Assembly: GCA_009602725.1 (NCBI GenBank)
Contig: WELB01000021.1
Coordinates: forward strand, 588,015-625,037
Length of the DNA: 37,023 nt
Direction of reading: 5' to 3'
Source of the DNA: Spirogloea muscicola
Taxonomy: Eukaryota
The stretch's first letter is position 1. Each line of letters opens with the position of its first letter. Shown one piece after another: positions 1 through 10,278 of this stretch. The notes below the pieces were generated by a model. It did not search any database, was not told the origin of the DNA, and worked only from the letters and a program-made list of their open reading frames with translations. A program made the position numbers and the translations under genes.

Positions 1-2678
1 CGCTGTCGCCGACGTCGCCGGCGCCGCCCCGCTCCCCGCCGCCCCACCCGCGCGCTCTCGGCGCCGCCCTCGGAGCCGGAGTCCGTAATACACCCCTCCA
101 AGCTCGCTTGGCCGCGGCTCGCCCTCCTCCTCACCGCCATTTACCAATCCGTCACCGCGCCATCGCCGCAGTCACCACCGCCATCCCCCTTCCCATCGCC
201 ATCGCCTTCATCGGCATCGCCTTCATCGCCCCCCCCATCTCCTCCGCCGCCGTCACCATCGCCAGCGGAGCTCGACCGCGTGCAGTGCCCCCGATGTCCC
301 AAGGCGTGTAAGAACGCCAAGGGTCTCGCCGTCCACCCGCGCTCCTGCCTGAAGCGCGCTAGCCTCGCCGGCGCGGCGCCTGCTGCGGCAGCCGCGGCTT
401 GCGGCCCCACTGCCCCTGTCCGGGCAGGCAGCCTCAGCCCAGGAACATAGCACGGAGCAGCACATAGCGCCTTCCGCCCGTGAGACGCAACGGGCACCCT
501 CTATCGCCTCAGCCCTTGACTTGTGAAGGGCTGCCAGAGGTGAACTCGCTCTCTCCACCGGATACCGTATCTCCTGGGCGTGATGCTGTCTCTGACGTTC
601 CTGTGAGGGCGTCTCCTGCGACAGAGGGGCCGCAGCTGCAGCGGCCCGCCGCGCCGTCGCCACCACTGCCGTCGCCTACACCAACGCCCCTTCCTCCGCA
701 GCCGGCAGGGCCAGCAGCCCCTCCTGGAGCGCGTCCAGTTGTTCGAGAGCGGACATTGGGAGGAGCTTCTGGCGCGCCACGACGCAGCCGTGGCAGCATC
801 GGCAGCTAATCGAGGTGACGCGCGCACAGCGCCTGACAGGGCCTCCAACGTCCGCCGGGCTCTGCGCTTCGGTCACGCGGGCGAGCTGTCCAGGGCGGTC
901 CAGACTCGGTGCTGGCGCCCACCAACGCAGCAACCAGGGCGGCCCTGGAGTCCCTGTACCCTGCAGCTTGCACCCCCCTGCCCCCGTGGCTGGCCACCTA
1001 CACACCACCGGAGGAGGTGGTCCTTGAAGCCCTGCGGAAGGCTCTGCAGAGCAGCCGCCGCGCCGCCGCTGGAGGACCTTCCCACATGCTCACCGAGCAT
1101 CTTCTGAAACTCTTTCTGGAGGGGAACCGGCTGACTGTCAGGCACTCCATCAGGTGTGCCAGCTCCTCGCTCGCGACCAGGTCCCGGCCAGCATTTGCGG
1201 CGTCCTGTGCACCGGTACACTGTAGGTGCTCAGCAAGGCCGGCGGGGGGGGTCAGGCGCATCGCCATCGGTGAGGTGATCTACTGTATGGTGGGGCGCGC
1301 ACTATGTCAACAGCACGCGGGCCAGGCCCAGGCACACCTGGCGCCCCAAAAGTTTGGCGCGGGGCTGCGGAGCGGCGGTGTGAGGCGGCCTACCTGGGCA
1401 GCTGGGCTCAGGTTGCAGCCCTCATGTGCCAGCGATTCATCGTTCACGGCCAGCGCGCCCTGGAGCGGGCGGCAGCTGAAGTGGAGATCGGCCAGCTGCC
1501 CTTCCAGGCTGCCCTCCGTCCTGCCCGCGACGGGCTCCTGACGGTCCACTCTAACATGTCGGAGCAGGCCGTCCTTTTCATCCACCTCGCCAACACCCCT
1601 GACCTGCGTGCCCAGGCACGCTACACGGCGCTGGTGGAGAAAGCGGCCTTTGACCAGGTGGTGGAGCTTCTCCCTCCGCCTGACCTTCGAGGACGCGCCC
1701 GGCTCCTCTCAGCCCCCCCCCCTGGGGCGGCGGCGTAGTTATCAGCGCTCCCACTATACGCGGCGCTCACCATGCCAGATGAGGTCTTCCGGACAGCGGT
1801 CCACCGGCTCTTGGGCCTCCTCCCTCCCTGCCTCGTGGGCGTCACTCAGTGCGAGTGCGGTGCTCGTCACGCCAACCCTGCGGAGCTGGCTGCGCACATG
1901 CTCCGTTGCGCGCACGGGGGTGAGAGAAGACCGATTCCCACGACCTCCTGCGAGATGGCATGCAGGGGGTGTTCATGGAGGCGGGCTACAAGGTGGCCGT
2001 GGAAAATATCTCAATAATGCCCATCCAGCTGGATTCAGACGGCCAGCTCCATACCTGACGCGCCGACCTGGTCGCCATCCCGCCCGGCGGCGGTCCCCGC
2101 ATCATCGCCGATGTGGTGACTACTGACTGCGTCGACTCTGCCAATCTTACCAGATCGGCGTCAACTGCAGGGCACGCGGTCGGCCTGACGGCGCGGGGCA
2201 AGGAGCGCATTCACGTGGATCACCCGGTTGGTGATGAATTCGCGGCCCTGGCGATCGACGTACACGGGGCTTTCGGCAGCTGTTGGCTGGATCTCCTCCA
2301 GGGACTTGCCCGTCAGGCCATCAAACGGCGGCCAGGTCTGCCAGGGGCGTTGCCCGGCTTCAACGCCCCCGGTTCGCTCGCCCAGGTGTTCCGTATGCAC
2401 CTGGCGGTTCCAACGCTCCCCAGCCCACGCTGTCCACACGCCAGCAGGCCATGCTATGGCTGCTGCCTCTGGGTCTCGTCGGAGTGCCTTCTGACTTGCA
2501 GCGACTCCGACTTGATGCTGCTCAGTCGCGGGTACTGAGCTTCCCTCTGCATCGTCTCGTGTTTTGTAGTGTAGTCCTTTTTTCGGCAGCTCTTTTCTTT
2601 GGCTTTGGACATTGTCCATTCTTTTGGGGCTGGCTTTGCCAGCCCCTCTTTTCTATGGGCGAGCACTTTCTTTCTCTC
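1..2678 (+). mobile_element. CRE-clade non-LTR retrotransposon, copy A (decayed, RT core deleted; 5' end may lie outside the window)
   Basis: Pro-rich 5' region; C2HC finger CPRCPKACKNAKGLAVHPRSC (~286-350); GVRRIAIGEVIY RT N-terminal motif (~1248-1285); CECG..H..C knuckle (~1850-1910); RRADLV..IIADV..FAALAIDVHG RLE motifs; ends LLSRGY* at 2538; 3'UTR stem-loop 2611-2670 then TTTC/TC tail. Many frameshifts. Confidence 0.9.
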
Positions 2679-2729
2679 ACAGAGAAGGCGCGCGGTGCTT
2701 ATGACATTGAAAGTTGACTTCTCTCACAG

Positions 2730-3470
2730 GGTCACTGAGAGTTTCGTAGCTGCTTAGTCTCCTCTTGTGCTTGTATTTCTTAATGCTTCCCCTGGCCCCT
2801 CCTCGCACTTTGTTATTCATTTCGGGCTGGCCTTTTCCAGCCAAACCAGAGGCGCTAGCTCTAAACTAGGGAACGATGAGTGAGGAGCAGCCTCCTCACT
2901 CGTTGTTATTGAGTGATTCATCCTTCCCTACTTTATCATGCGAATCCGACAGGCTAACTGGGAGCTGTAGCGCCACCATGGAAGAAGTGGCTCTCCCAAT
3001 GGGGGCAAGTGCTGTGAGAAGCCAGCCCGAAAGGAATTGACAAGGTTAGAAGGGGCCAGACTACAAGCTAAGCAGCTACTAAGGGGCCTGAAGAGGCTAT
3101 GGCAGAACGGGGGAGAATGGACAACTCAGTAGTTACGAGTAAGGAGCCTCAAATCCGAAAGTTTAGAGCTAGCGCCTCTGGCCCCTCGTGGTTTGGCCCC
3201 TTCGAACCTTGTCAATCACTTTGGGGCTGGCTTCTCACAGCCTCTTGCCCCCATTGGAAGAGCCACGTCTTCTTCCCAGCCCCTATCCTCTGTTGGCGAG
3301 CCCTTCTCTCCTTTTGCGGCATCGAAGAAGCAAGCGCGGCCAGATTAACTGGTGGCTGGGAGAGGCCAGCCCAAAAGAATGGACAAGGTCTGAAGGCGGG
3401 ATCTGGCCCCTCCAGACCTTTGGGCTGGCCTCTCACAGCCACCAGTCATTGTGGAAGCGCTGTTGTTTTC
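2730..3470. repeat. Cluster of short CRE 3'-end fragments in alternating orientation
   Basis: Minus 2981-3160 matches the 3'UTR of the 12699-13522 element. Plus 3178-3276 is its inverted copy. Minus 3327-3397 and plus 3407-3465 carry related GGGCTGG..CAGCC motifs. Confidence 0.85.
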
Positions 3471-3499
3471 GGAGAGCTCACTCCTTCCACTGCTCTTTA

Positions 3500-6337
3500 A
3501 CTATCAGCAGCCGCATTCTCCCAGCCAATAAACCCCAGCCAAAACCCCGGCCCGCCGCCAGGCCGCTGGACGCGCGCGCGCTCCTGGCGGCCATGGCGGC
3601 CGCAGCGGCCGCCGCCGCTGCCTCCTCCCCTCTTGCTCCTCTCTCCCCTCCACACTCTCTCCCCCCTCTCCGGCTTCTCACGGCCGCCATTGTAGCACCG
3701 GCAGCCGCATCCTTCTCGGCACCGCCACCTCCGCTGCCGCCCTTCCCTCCACCGGCCCTCGCCTCCGTCATCGCCACCTCCGCCGTCTCCCTCGCCGCCG
3801 CCGCCGCCACTTCAGCTGCCTCCCTCTCTGCCGCCTCCATTGCCTCCTCCACCGCCATTTGCTCCATCTCGCATGCTGTGCAAGCACTGCCAGCGGCCCA
3901 CCAAGGTCGCCGTGGCCTGGCCCAGAACTAGAACCTAAACCCCTGCGTTGGCTCCATGACGGAGCGGAGCCGGCGCGGCATGCAGCTTCAGCGGATGTTA
4001 CCCGTGGCGGCTATGGGAGGACTGTCCCACCGAGGCCAGCGTAGCCCGGCCGCCATCACTGGCAGTGGGCTGTGGCCTCAAACCGGCTGCCGTCCACAGG
4101 CAGGCCGCGCATCTCCTCCTGCGCCATGTTCCCCGTTGGACGCGCCAGCATCTTTGAGGCGCTCATCGCCCGGGGACGATGAACCTCCTGGCGCACCGTG
4201 AGCCGCAGTGGCAGCGGCTGCACCCAGTCGTTATGCCTCGCGCACGACGCCGACGCCTGACAGGGCAGCAGCCGTTTTGAGTGCTCTTCGCCTTGGGCTC
4301 GCCGGCGGGCTCTCACGGGCTGTGCACTCACTGGCGACTCTTTGCTGCTACCTGCGAATCCTGCAAGCAGACGAGCCCTGGAAGCCCCCCCTCCCCATGC
4401 ACGCGCATCTCTCCCCCCTGGCTGCCCTCCTTTGAGCTGCAAGAGGAAGTGGTACTTGATGCTGCTGCCCTCTGCAAGGCGCTCCAGAACCACCAACGCG
4501 CAGCCGCAGGTGGCCCCTCCCACATGCCTCCGGAGCAATAGCTTTTCTTAGACGGAGAGGACTCGAACATTCAAGTGCTGCTCCACGTGTGTCAGGCTCG
4601 TCTCGGGCGACAAGGTGCCATCAGCCACGCACAAGCTGCTCTGCCCTAGCACCCTGCTCGCCATTGACAAAACCAATGGCGGAGTCCATCCCATTGCCAT
4701 TGGTTAATGATTGTGCCGCCTGGTGGCGTGCACGCTATGGCAGCAATATCTGGGGCAGGCGCAGGCCCACCTTGCACCCCACCAGTACGGCGCTGGGTTG
4801 AGAAGCGGCGGTGAAGCTGTGGGCCACGGAGTTCGAGCGAGCTTGGACCTGCACCCAGTCTGGATGGTCTTGGCTTGTTGACGTGAGAGACTTATTCAAC
4901 AGTGTGGAACGCAGCGCCATCATCGAGGAGCTGCACGGCGCCTTCCCTTCCCTCCTTCCCTTTTCTCGCCTTAGCTATGGCCAGGCCAGCGACCTCCTAT
5001 GTGGACAGGGAGCAGCAAGGTGGAGATACTGCATTTCCAGACGGGCACTCGCCAGGGGGATCCTATGCCGGGGTTTCTCTCGCGCTGGCTCTTACCCGCG
5101 CTTTAAAGGCCACTGCGGCGGCGCATCCGCCATCCTTATCTTGGCAGCCTGGGGAACATGTTGGCAGCCACCGCCACCCTCGAGCAGCAGCTGGCCGCCC
5201 TCAGCTTGTCCTTCCAGACTCCTCCGGGCGGCCTCACCATCTTGCCCTCCCCGCCCCGGGCACACCATCTTTTGTGGAGGAGCAGCTGCGAGCCCGGCTA
5301 CAGGAGCACCTCCGGCCGGCTCTCCCCCTCACCGGGCTGCAGGACATGCAGCTGGCACTGGCCATGCTCAACAAGAGCATACTGCAGTGTCCCCTCTACC
5401 TCGCGTGGGCTACCCTCTCTCAAGAGGTGATGGCGGCCTCGACTGCCGATCGCTTGCCCGCACCTGCAGGCTTGCGTACCCGGGAAGCTGGGCGCAGGTT
5501 GCTGCGTCGGAGTCACAGCGCTTCCTCCTCAATGGGCGGCGTGGGTTGGAGCTGGCGCAGCGGAAGTGGAGACCGGCTCACTGGCGTTCCAAGTGGCGCT
5601 CTGCGCGGCCCACCAAGTGCTGCTTGAAGAGCACCCGACCCTGGCAGGGAGCGCGGTTTCCTCTGCGCACCTTACGCACACTGCCGACTTGCGGGCGCAA
5701 GTGCTCATGTGGCCGGGCTTGACAAGGCGGCCTTCGCGACCTCGTTGCCGCTACTCCCAAAGATGGACGTGCGCTGGCATGCCCGGCTGCGATCGGCATC
5801 CTCACCTGGCGGGGCGGCCTCGCTCGCGGCTCTTCCACTGTACAATGCCCTGCAGATGCCAGACAAGAGCTTTTGAACGGACGTCCAACACCTCCTGGGC
5901 CTTCCTCTGGTATGTCTTTAAGTAGTGCTGCAATTGAAATTAGGCTAACAGCGGTGGATACATCGGAACTGGCTGCTTATGTCCTCCGCTGCTCACGACC
6001 TCCTCAGGATTGCAATGTCTGGCATTTGTTTTGGATGCAGGGTACACATTGGTTATTGAAAACACGTCCATCATGTCCATCCTGCAGAGGGCTGACAGAA
6101 TCCATGCGCGGAGGGTCGACCTGGTGGCCACCATGCCAGGGCGGGGGCCCGCTCATCATTGTTGACGTGGTCACCGTAGACGTGGTTGACTGCTCCAATC
6201 CGGGGTTCTCTGCTTCGAAGGCTGGGCAGCGAACGCCGCTCATGGCAAAGCGGCCGCGTACACGGACCATCCAGACGGGGACAACTTCGACTTATTGGAC
6301 ATTGATTTGCACGGGGCTTTTGGGTGTCAGTGGCTAG
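3500..6337 (+). mobile_element. CRE-clade non-LTR retrotransposon, copy B (decayed, 3'-truncated inside the RLE domain)
   Basis: Finger remnant CKHCQR..GRRGLAQ (~3879-3925); ALCKALQ..AAAGGPSHM; LVDVRDLFNSVER; QGDP at 5053-5064; GGLDCRS; RRVDLV..IIVDVVTVDVVD. Similarity to other CRE copies stops at about 6337. Confidence 0.88.
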
Positions 6338-7135
6338 ACCTTGCGCCATGTCGTCCTCTTCTTCCGAGCGATGTAAGGCAAGGCTAGTGCATTTCACTTG
6401 TAGCAGCATAGGGCATGCATTGCGTAGCCGTCGGGCACGGGTAAGTGCATGCTTTTGTCAATCTGCTTTGGCGCACACGGGTTGTAAGCGAAGCGGTATA
6501 AGCCTGCCGCCGCTGATCAACGTGGCGAGACAGACTGGCAGACATTGTGCATGCCCTCTGTATAAGGCTTCCTTTGTTGCCTTTGCATTTATGAGGGAGG
6601 CTCAAAGGGGACAATGTAATGAGAAGGTGGCATCCTGAAGAGGATTTTTCACTCTATTCAACAGCCGGGTGATTGGACTATTATTGCCTTGTTCCATTGT
6701 GAAGACATGGGCTGGCGTCAAAGTTCGAGTGTCGCGAATTTAGGAAGGATAGAAGACAAACTTGAAGCCACCTTTCAGCCGCTCTGTGGCAGCTCGGCGC
6801 ATGTTCATTGTGACATCGTTATGACTCTCTGTACTGCGCAAGCATGACTCCTCTGCAAGTTTCTCAGGGTCAAAGACCCCTTTATTAGAGGGAGGTGGAG
6901 CTGGAAAAAATGCTGCAAGTGGTGGGAGTTAAAATGCACGGCTCGCAACTGAAAAATGTTGCATTGTTAGGGGCAACCACTTCAGGCAGATGTCTGTCTG
7001 CCCTGGCTAATAAGTACAGTAATTTCGACAGATGTGGCTGATCTGTGAGACCAAGCCGGAAATAACAGTGAAGCACAAGGTCGTCAGTGCTCAGTTACAA
7101 TACTTTACTAAGCGAGCTGCTGGAAGGATGATAGA

Positions 7136-7170
7136 ACAGCACCCTCATAGAGGTGGTATGGGGGTGTTGT
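7136..7170. other. Conserved hairpin in X copy 1
   Basis: ACAGCACCCTCATA-GAGGTGG-TATGGGGGTGTTGT: 14-bp stem with two G.T wobbles. Homologues at 23211-23263 and 33489-33529. Confidence 0.8.
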
Positions 7171-8066
7171 ATCTCAGCCATTCTCGTACATGACATTCTA
7201 CATTGTATCTTACCATATGGCATTTTACATCCTTGGCAGCAGCTAGGTTGCGACTTTGAAGAGCTAGTATGTACACCATGTACCCTTCTAAGCCTGTATG
7301 TATATCACAGGCTCAGAAGTATCTGGTAGGCCGTCCCAATCCTGTAACAGGTTGATGAAACCCAAGCTCTTGAGCAATGTCCGGTCCGCCTCGGGCAGGA
7401 TTGCTGTTGGTGCCTGGTCAAGGCACTGATCACTTGTTTGAGAATCAGTAAATCCAACTTGTCTAATGAAGACTATGAGGACACTGCGCAGCGGGAGCTG
7501 ACTAGTGTTTGTATATGTCGTTTGGAACACAAATTGTCTACCAAGCACGTTTTTGATGGCAAGGAGCATCTTAGCACTTGCGTGTGCAGTCTCCACCAAA
7601 GGATTTAGCAGGGCCGACTGCCTGAGAGAAGAAGCGCAGACGATTGAACGCAAAAAAGTGAATGCAAGAAATGCTGCAGCACTGCATTGAGACAGAGTCG
7701 CACCTCGCGGACTGGAGGTTAATTCTGCCGGTGTCCGCGATTTACTGCCTACAGGACAGATTGAGCAGATGCACACATCAGCGGCATTAAGACAATGACA
7801 GGCATGAGGGCTTGACCATGCATTTTGCACCTGCCATGTCATCTCAGCAAAAGCAGTATGGCCCTTTTTTGTGTTCTCGGGTGGCCATCACTTCATTCAA
7901 TGAGAAGTTGAGGTCACACTCTCAGATTGGACATCATGCTCTCCACATGGCCAGCTGGATTAGATGCAACGTGATGGATGCACAGATGTGCTCAGTGAGC
8001 CAACTTCTGGCTCTGACCTCTGGGCTTGCAACCAAGGACAGGAGTCAACCTTGGCTATGTGCAGCA

Positions 8067-8457
8067 TGTTGAGCCGCGCCGGCCATGGCGTAGCGACGGC
8101 GGCGGCGACGGCGGCGGCGACCGACGCGGCGGCGACTGGGGAGTGACCGAACTAGGCGGGCCCGAAGGTGTCGAGAAGAGCAAGGGCCAACTGCCCACCA
8201 GTGTCTGATATACCCCAGCCCGACGGCGCGCCCTAGCGCCCGACGGTCAGGATCTCACGGGTCGACCCCAAACCCTACGGTGGAGATCCAATCGATCTAC
8301 CAACCGCTGGGATAAACCCTGGGCCCTCCTAAACCTCGCCTACCACTGTCCGTGATGAGCATCCCAAGGTGCTACAACGCAGCTCCACACAGGACAGCTA
8401 GACCTAGACCATATGAAACTAGCAGCAAAGAGGTTACATGGAACACTCTTTCCAACA
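8067..8457 (-). repeat. 3' LTR
   Basis: TGTTGAGC...TTCCAACA; about 10 substitutions versus 9888-10278 by manual count (~97% identity). Confidence 0.96.
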
Positions 8458-8467
8458 CTCCCACTCT
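8458..8467 (-). promoter_or_regulatory. Polypurine tract
   Basis: AGAGTGGGAG on the - strand immediately before the 3' LTR. Confidence 0.75.
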
Positions 8468-8529
8468 AGCTAGTATGGGTCTAGCAACTCAAGTCGATGC
8501 CCATGACCTCACAACACTCCTAGGCAACA

Positions 8530-8935
8530 AGTTGAGTTGTACACCAGCTTGTAGCCAAACGCCTTCTTGCGCTCCAGCTGATTCCTCGGCTCCCACTGCT
8601 CCGCAGAGTACTCGATCTTGTACGCCCACTTGCAGACTATCGCCTTCTCGCGACACTGCTGATTTCTCAGCTCCCACTGCTCCGCAGGGTACTTGACCTG
8701 GCAAACCCACTTGCAGCCGCAGCCAATCGCCTTCTCGCGGTACTGCAAATTCTTAAGCTCCCACTGCTCCGCAGGGCACCTGACCTGGTACACCCACTTG
8801 CAGCCGCAGCCGCAGCCAATTGCCTTCTCGCGATACTGCAAATTCTTAAGCTCCCACTGCTCCGCAGGGCACCTAACCTGATCCACCCACTTGCAGCCGC
8901 AGCCGCAGCCAATCGCCTTCTCGCAATACTGCAAA
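8530..8935 (-). repeat. Tandem array (~5 units; 81/87/93-bp periods) derived from the copia RT N-terminus
   Basis: Anchor CTCCCACTGCTCCGCAG at 8590, 8671, 8758, 8851. Translates as repeated WEL....EKAIG(CG)nCKWVY.., resembling the copia WELV..P..KAIGCKWVYKIK motif. Confidence 0.85.
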
Positions 8936-9016
8936 CCTGTGCTCCAGGAAACTGCTCAATGCCGCCACACATCCAAGTGGACCCCATCGAGACCACCGAC
9001 TCTGGCCGGTCCTGCA

Positions 9017-9907
9017 CTACAGCGGGTCGGTGTAGATCGCCAGTGCAGTACTGCTTGTCTCCTGCGTCCCTTGCTCTTGTTGCTGCGTCTGCACTTCCCG
9101 CTGCACAGCTAAGCGCACAGGACACTGCGCCTTCCGATGCCCAGGCTTCCTGCAGTAGTAACAGATGACCTTGCATCTGGTCATCCCACTACTCCCAGCC
9201 TGATCCTGTAGCACCAGCTTCCTTGGCTGGCTCTCTTGCACCTTCTTTCTGACAGCCTGCGCCTGCAATGCCAGCATTCTTGGCTGACTTTCTTGCTCCT
9301 GCTCCTTGTCCTGCTGCTTTGCCTCCTCCTGAAGAAGACGGCCGCACACGTATCCCAGCGTCCTCTTCTCCTCATCCACACCATCCAGGAAGGTGATGAC
9401 CATGTCAAACTTGCTGACATGCTTGAGGCTGTTAAGCAGAATTGACACCTGGAACTTCGAGTCAATGTGGACACCCAGAGCCTGAAGCTCGTCAACCACC
9501 CGCTTGAAGCTATTCAAGTGGTCAGCTAGCCTGCTCCCCTCCTCCATCCTCAGATTGAGGAGTTGCCTTTGCGCAATGACCGCCCTCTGCGGACCAGCCG
9601 GCTCGCAGTAGTCCACCAACTTCCTCCAAGCCTCCGCAGCACTTGCAGCCGGCAAGACCTGCGTCAGATGGTATTGGTCCAAACTATTCAAGAGAAACGC
9701 CAAGACGACAGCGTCCCGTTCATCCCACTCCTGGCGAACTTTGACGACTGCCTCCGGCCCGGGCATCTCCTCCGAGATAACGCTCCACACACGATACGCC
9801 CGCAGCGTCACCTCCACCTTGCTTCGCCATGTCCGCCAGTCCTGCCCCTCGAACTTCTTGGTGCCGCCCACCAGCCCTCTGATACCATGTTGAGCCGCGC
9901 CGGCCAT
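9017..9907 (-). CDS. gag: Copia-type Gag (UBN2/Retrotran_gag_2-like domain plus CCHC zinc knuckle), 296 aa
   Basis: KFEGQDWRTWRSKV..L....VW; EWDERD; A.EAW.KL; LRMEEG..L.DHL..F; ILLNSL; CYYCRKPGHRKAQC. Uninterrupted ORF. Confidence 0.92.
   Translation of the reverse strand: MAGAAQHGIRGLVGGTKKFEGQDWRTWRSKVEVTLRAYRVWSVISEEMPGPEAVVKVRQEWDERDAVVLAFLLNSLDQYHLTQVLPAASAAEAWRKLVDYCEPAGPQRAVIAQRQLLNLRMEEGSRLADHLNSFKRVVDELQALGVHIDSKFQVSILLNSLKHVSKFDMVITFLDGVDEEKRTLGYVCGRLLQEEAKQQDKEQEQESQPRMLALQAQAVRKKVQESQPRKLVLQDQAGSSGMTRCKVICYYCRKPGHRKAQCPVRLAVQREVQTQQQEQGTQETSSTALAIYTDPL
9877..9887 (-). promoter_or_regulatory. Primer binding site complementary to tRNA-iMet
   Basis: TGGTATCAGAG directly after the 5' LTR on the - strand. 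Confidence 0.92.
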
Positions 9908-10278
9908 GGCGTAGCGACGGCGGCGGCGACGGCGGCGGCGACCGACGCGGCGGCGACAGGGGAGCGACCGAACTAGGCGGGCCCGAAGGTGTCGAGAAGA
10001 GCAAAGACCGACTGCCCTCCAGTGTTTGATATACCCCAGCCCGACGGCGCGCCCTGGCGCCCGACGGTCAGGATCTCACGGGTCGACCCCAAACCCTACG
10101 GTGGAGATCCAATCGATCTACCAACCGCTGGGATAAACCCTGGGCCCTCCTAAACCTCGCCTACCACTGTCCGTGATGAGCATCCCAAGGTGCTACAACG
10201 CAGCTCCACACAGGACAGCTAGACCTAGACCATATGAAGCTAGCAGCAAAGAGGTAACATGGAACACTCTTTCCAACA
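9888..10278 (-). repeat. 5' LTR
   Basis: Direct repeat of 8067-8457, adjacent to the PBS. Confidence 0.96.

Larger units (their letters stand above)
8067..10278 (-). mobile_element. Non-autonomous Ty1/copia LTR retrotransposon with gag only (TR-GAG-like)
   Basis: Two 391-bp TG...CA LTRs; 5-bp target duplication CAGCA at 8062-8066 and 10279-10283; PBS and PPT present; intact gag; pol reduced to remnants. Confidence 0.95.

Noticed and set aside
1370..1395. Splicing as the cause of the copy A deletion
   Set aside because: The junction retains GTGTGAG rather than a clean GT-AG excision; microhomology explains it better.
2611..2650. snRNA or spliced-leader RNA (Sm-like U tract plus hairpin)
   Set aside because: The tract is interrupted by C, no snRNA 5' features are visible, and the motif follows CRE stop codons.
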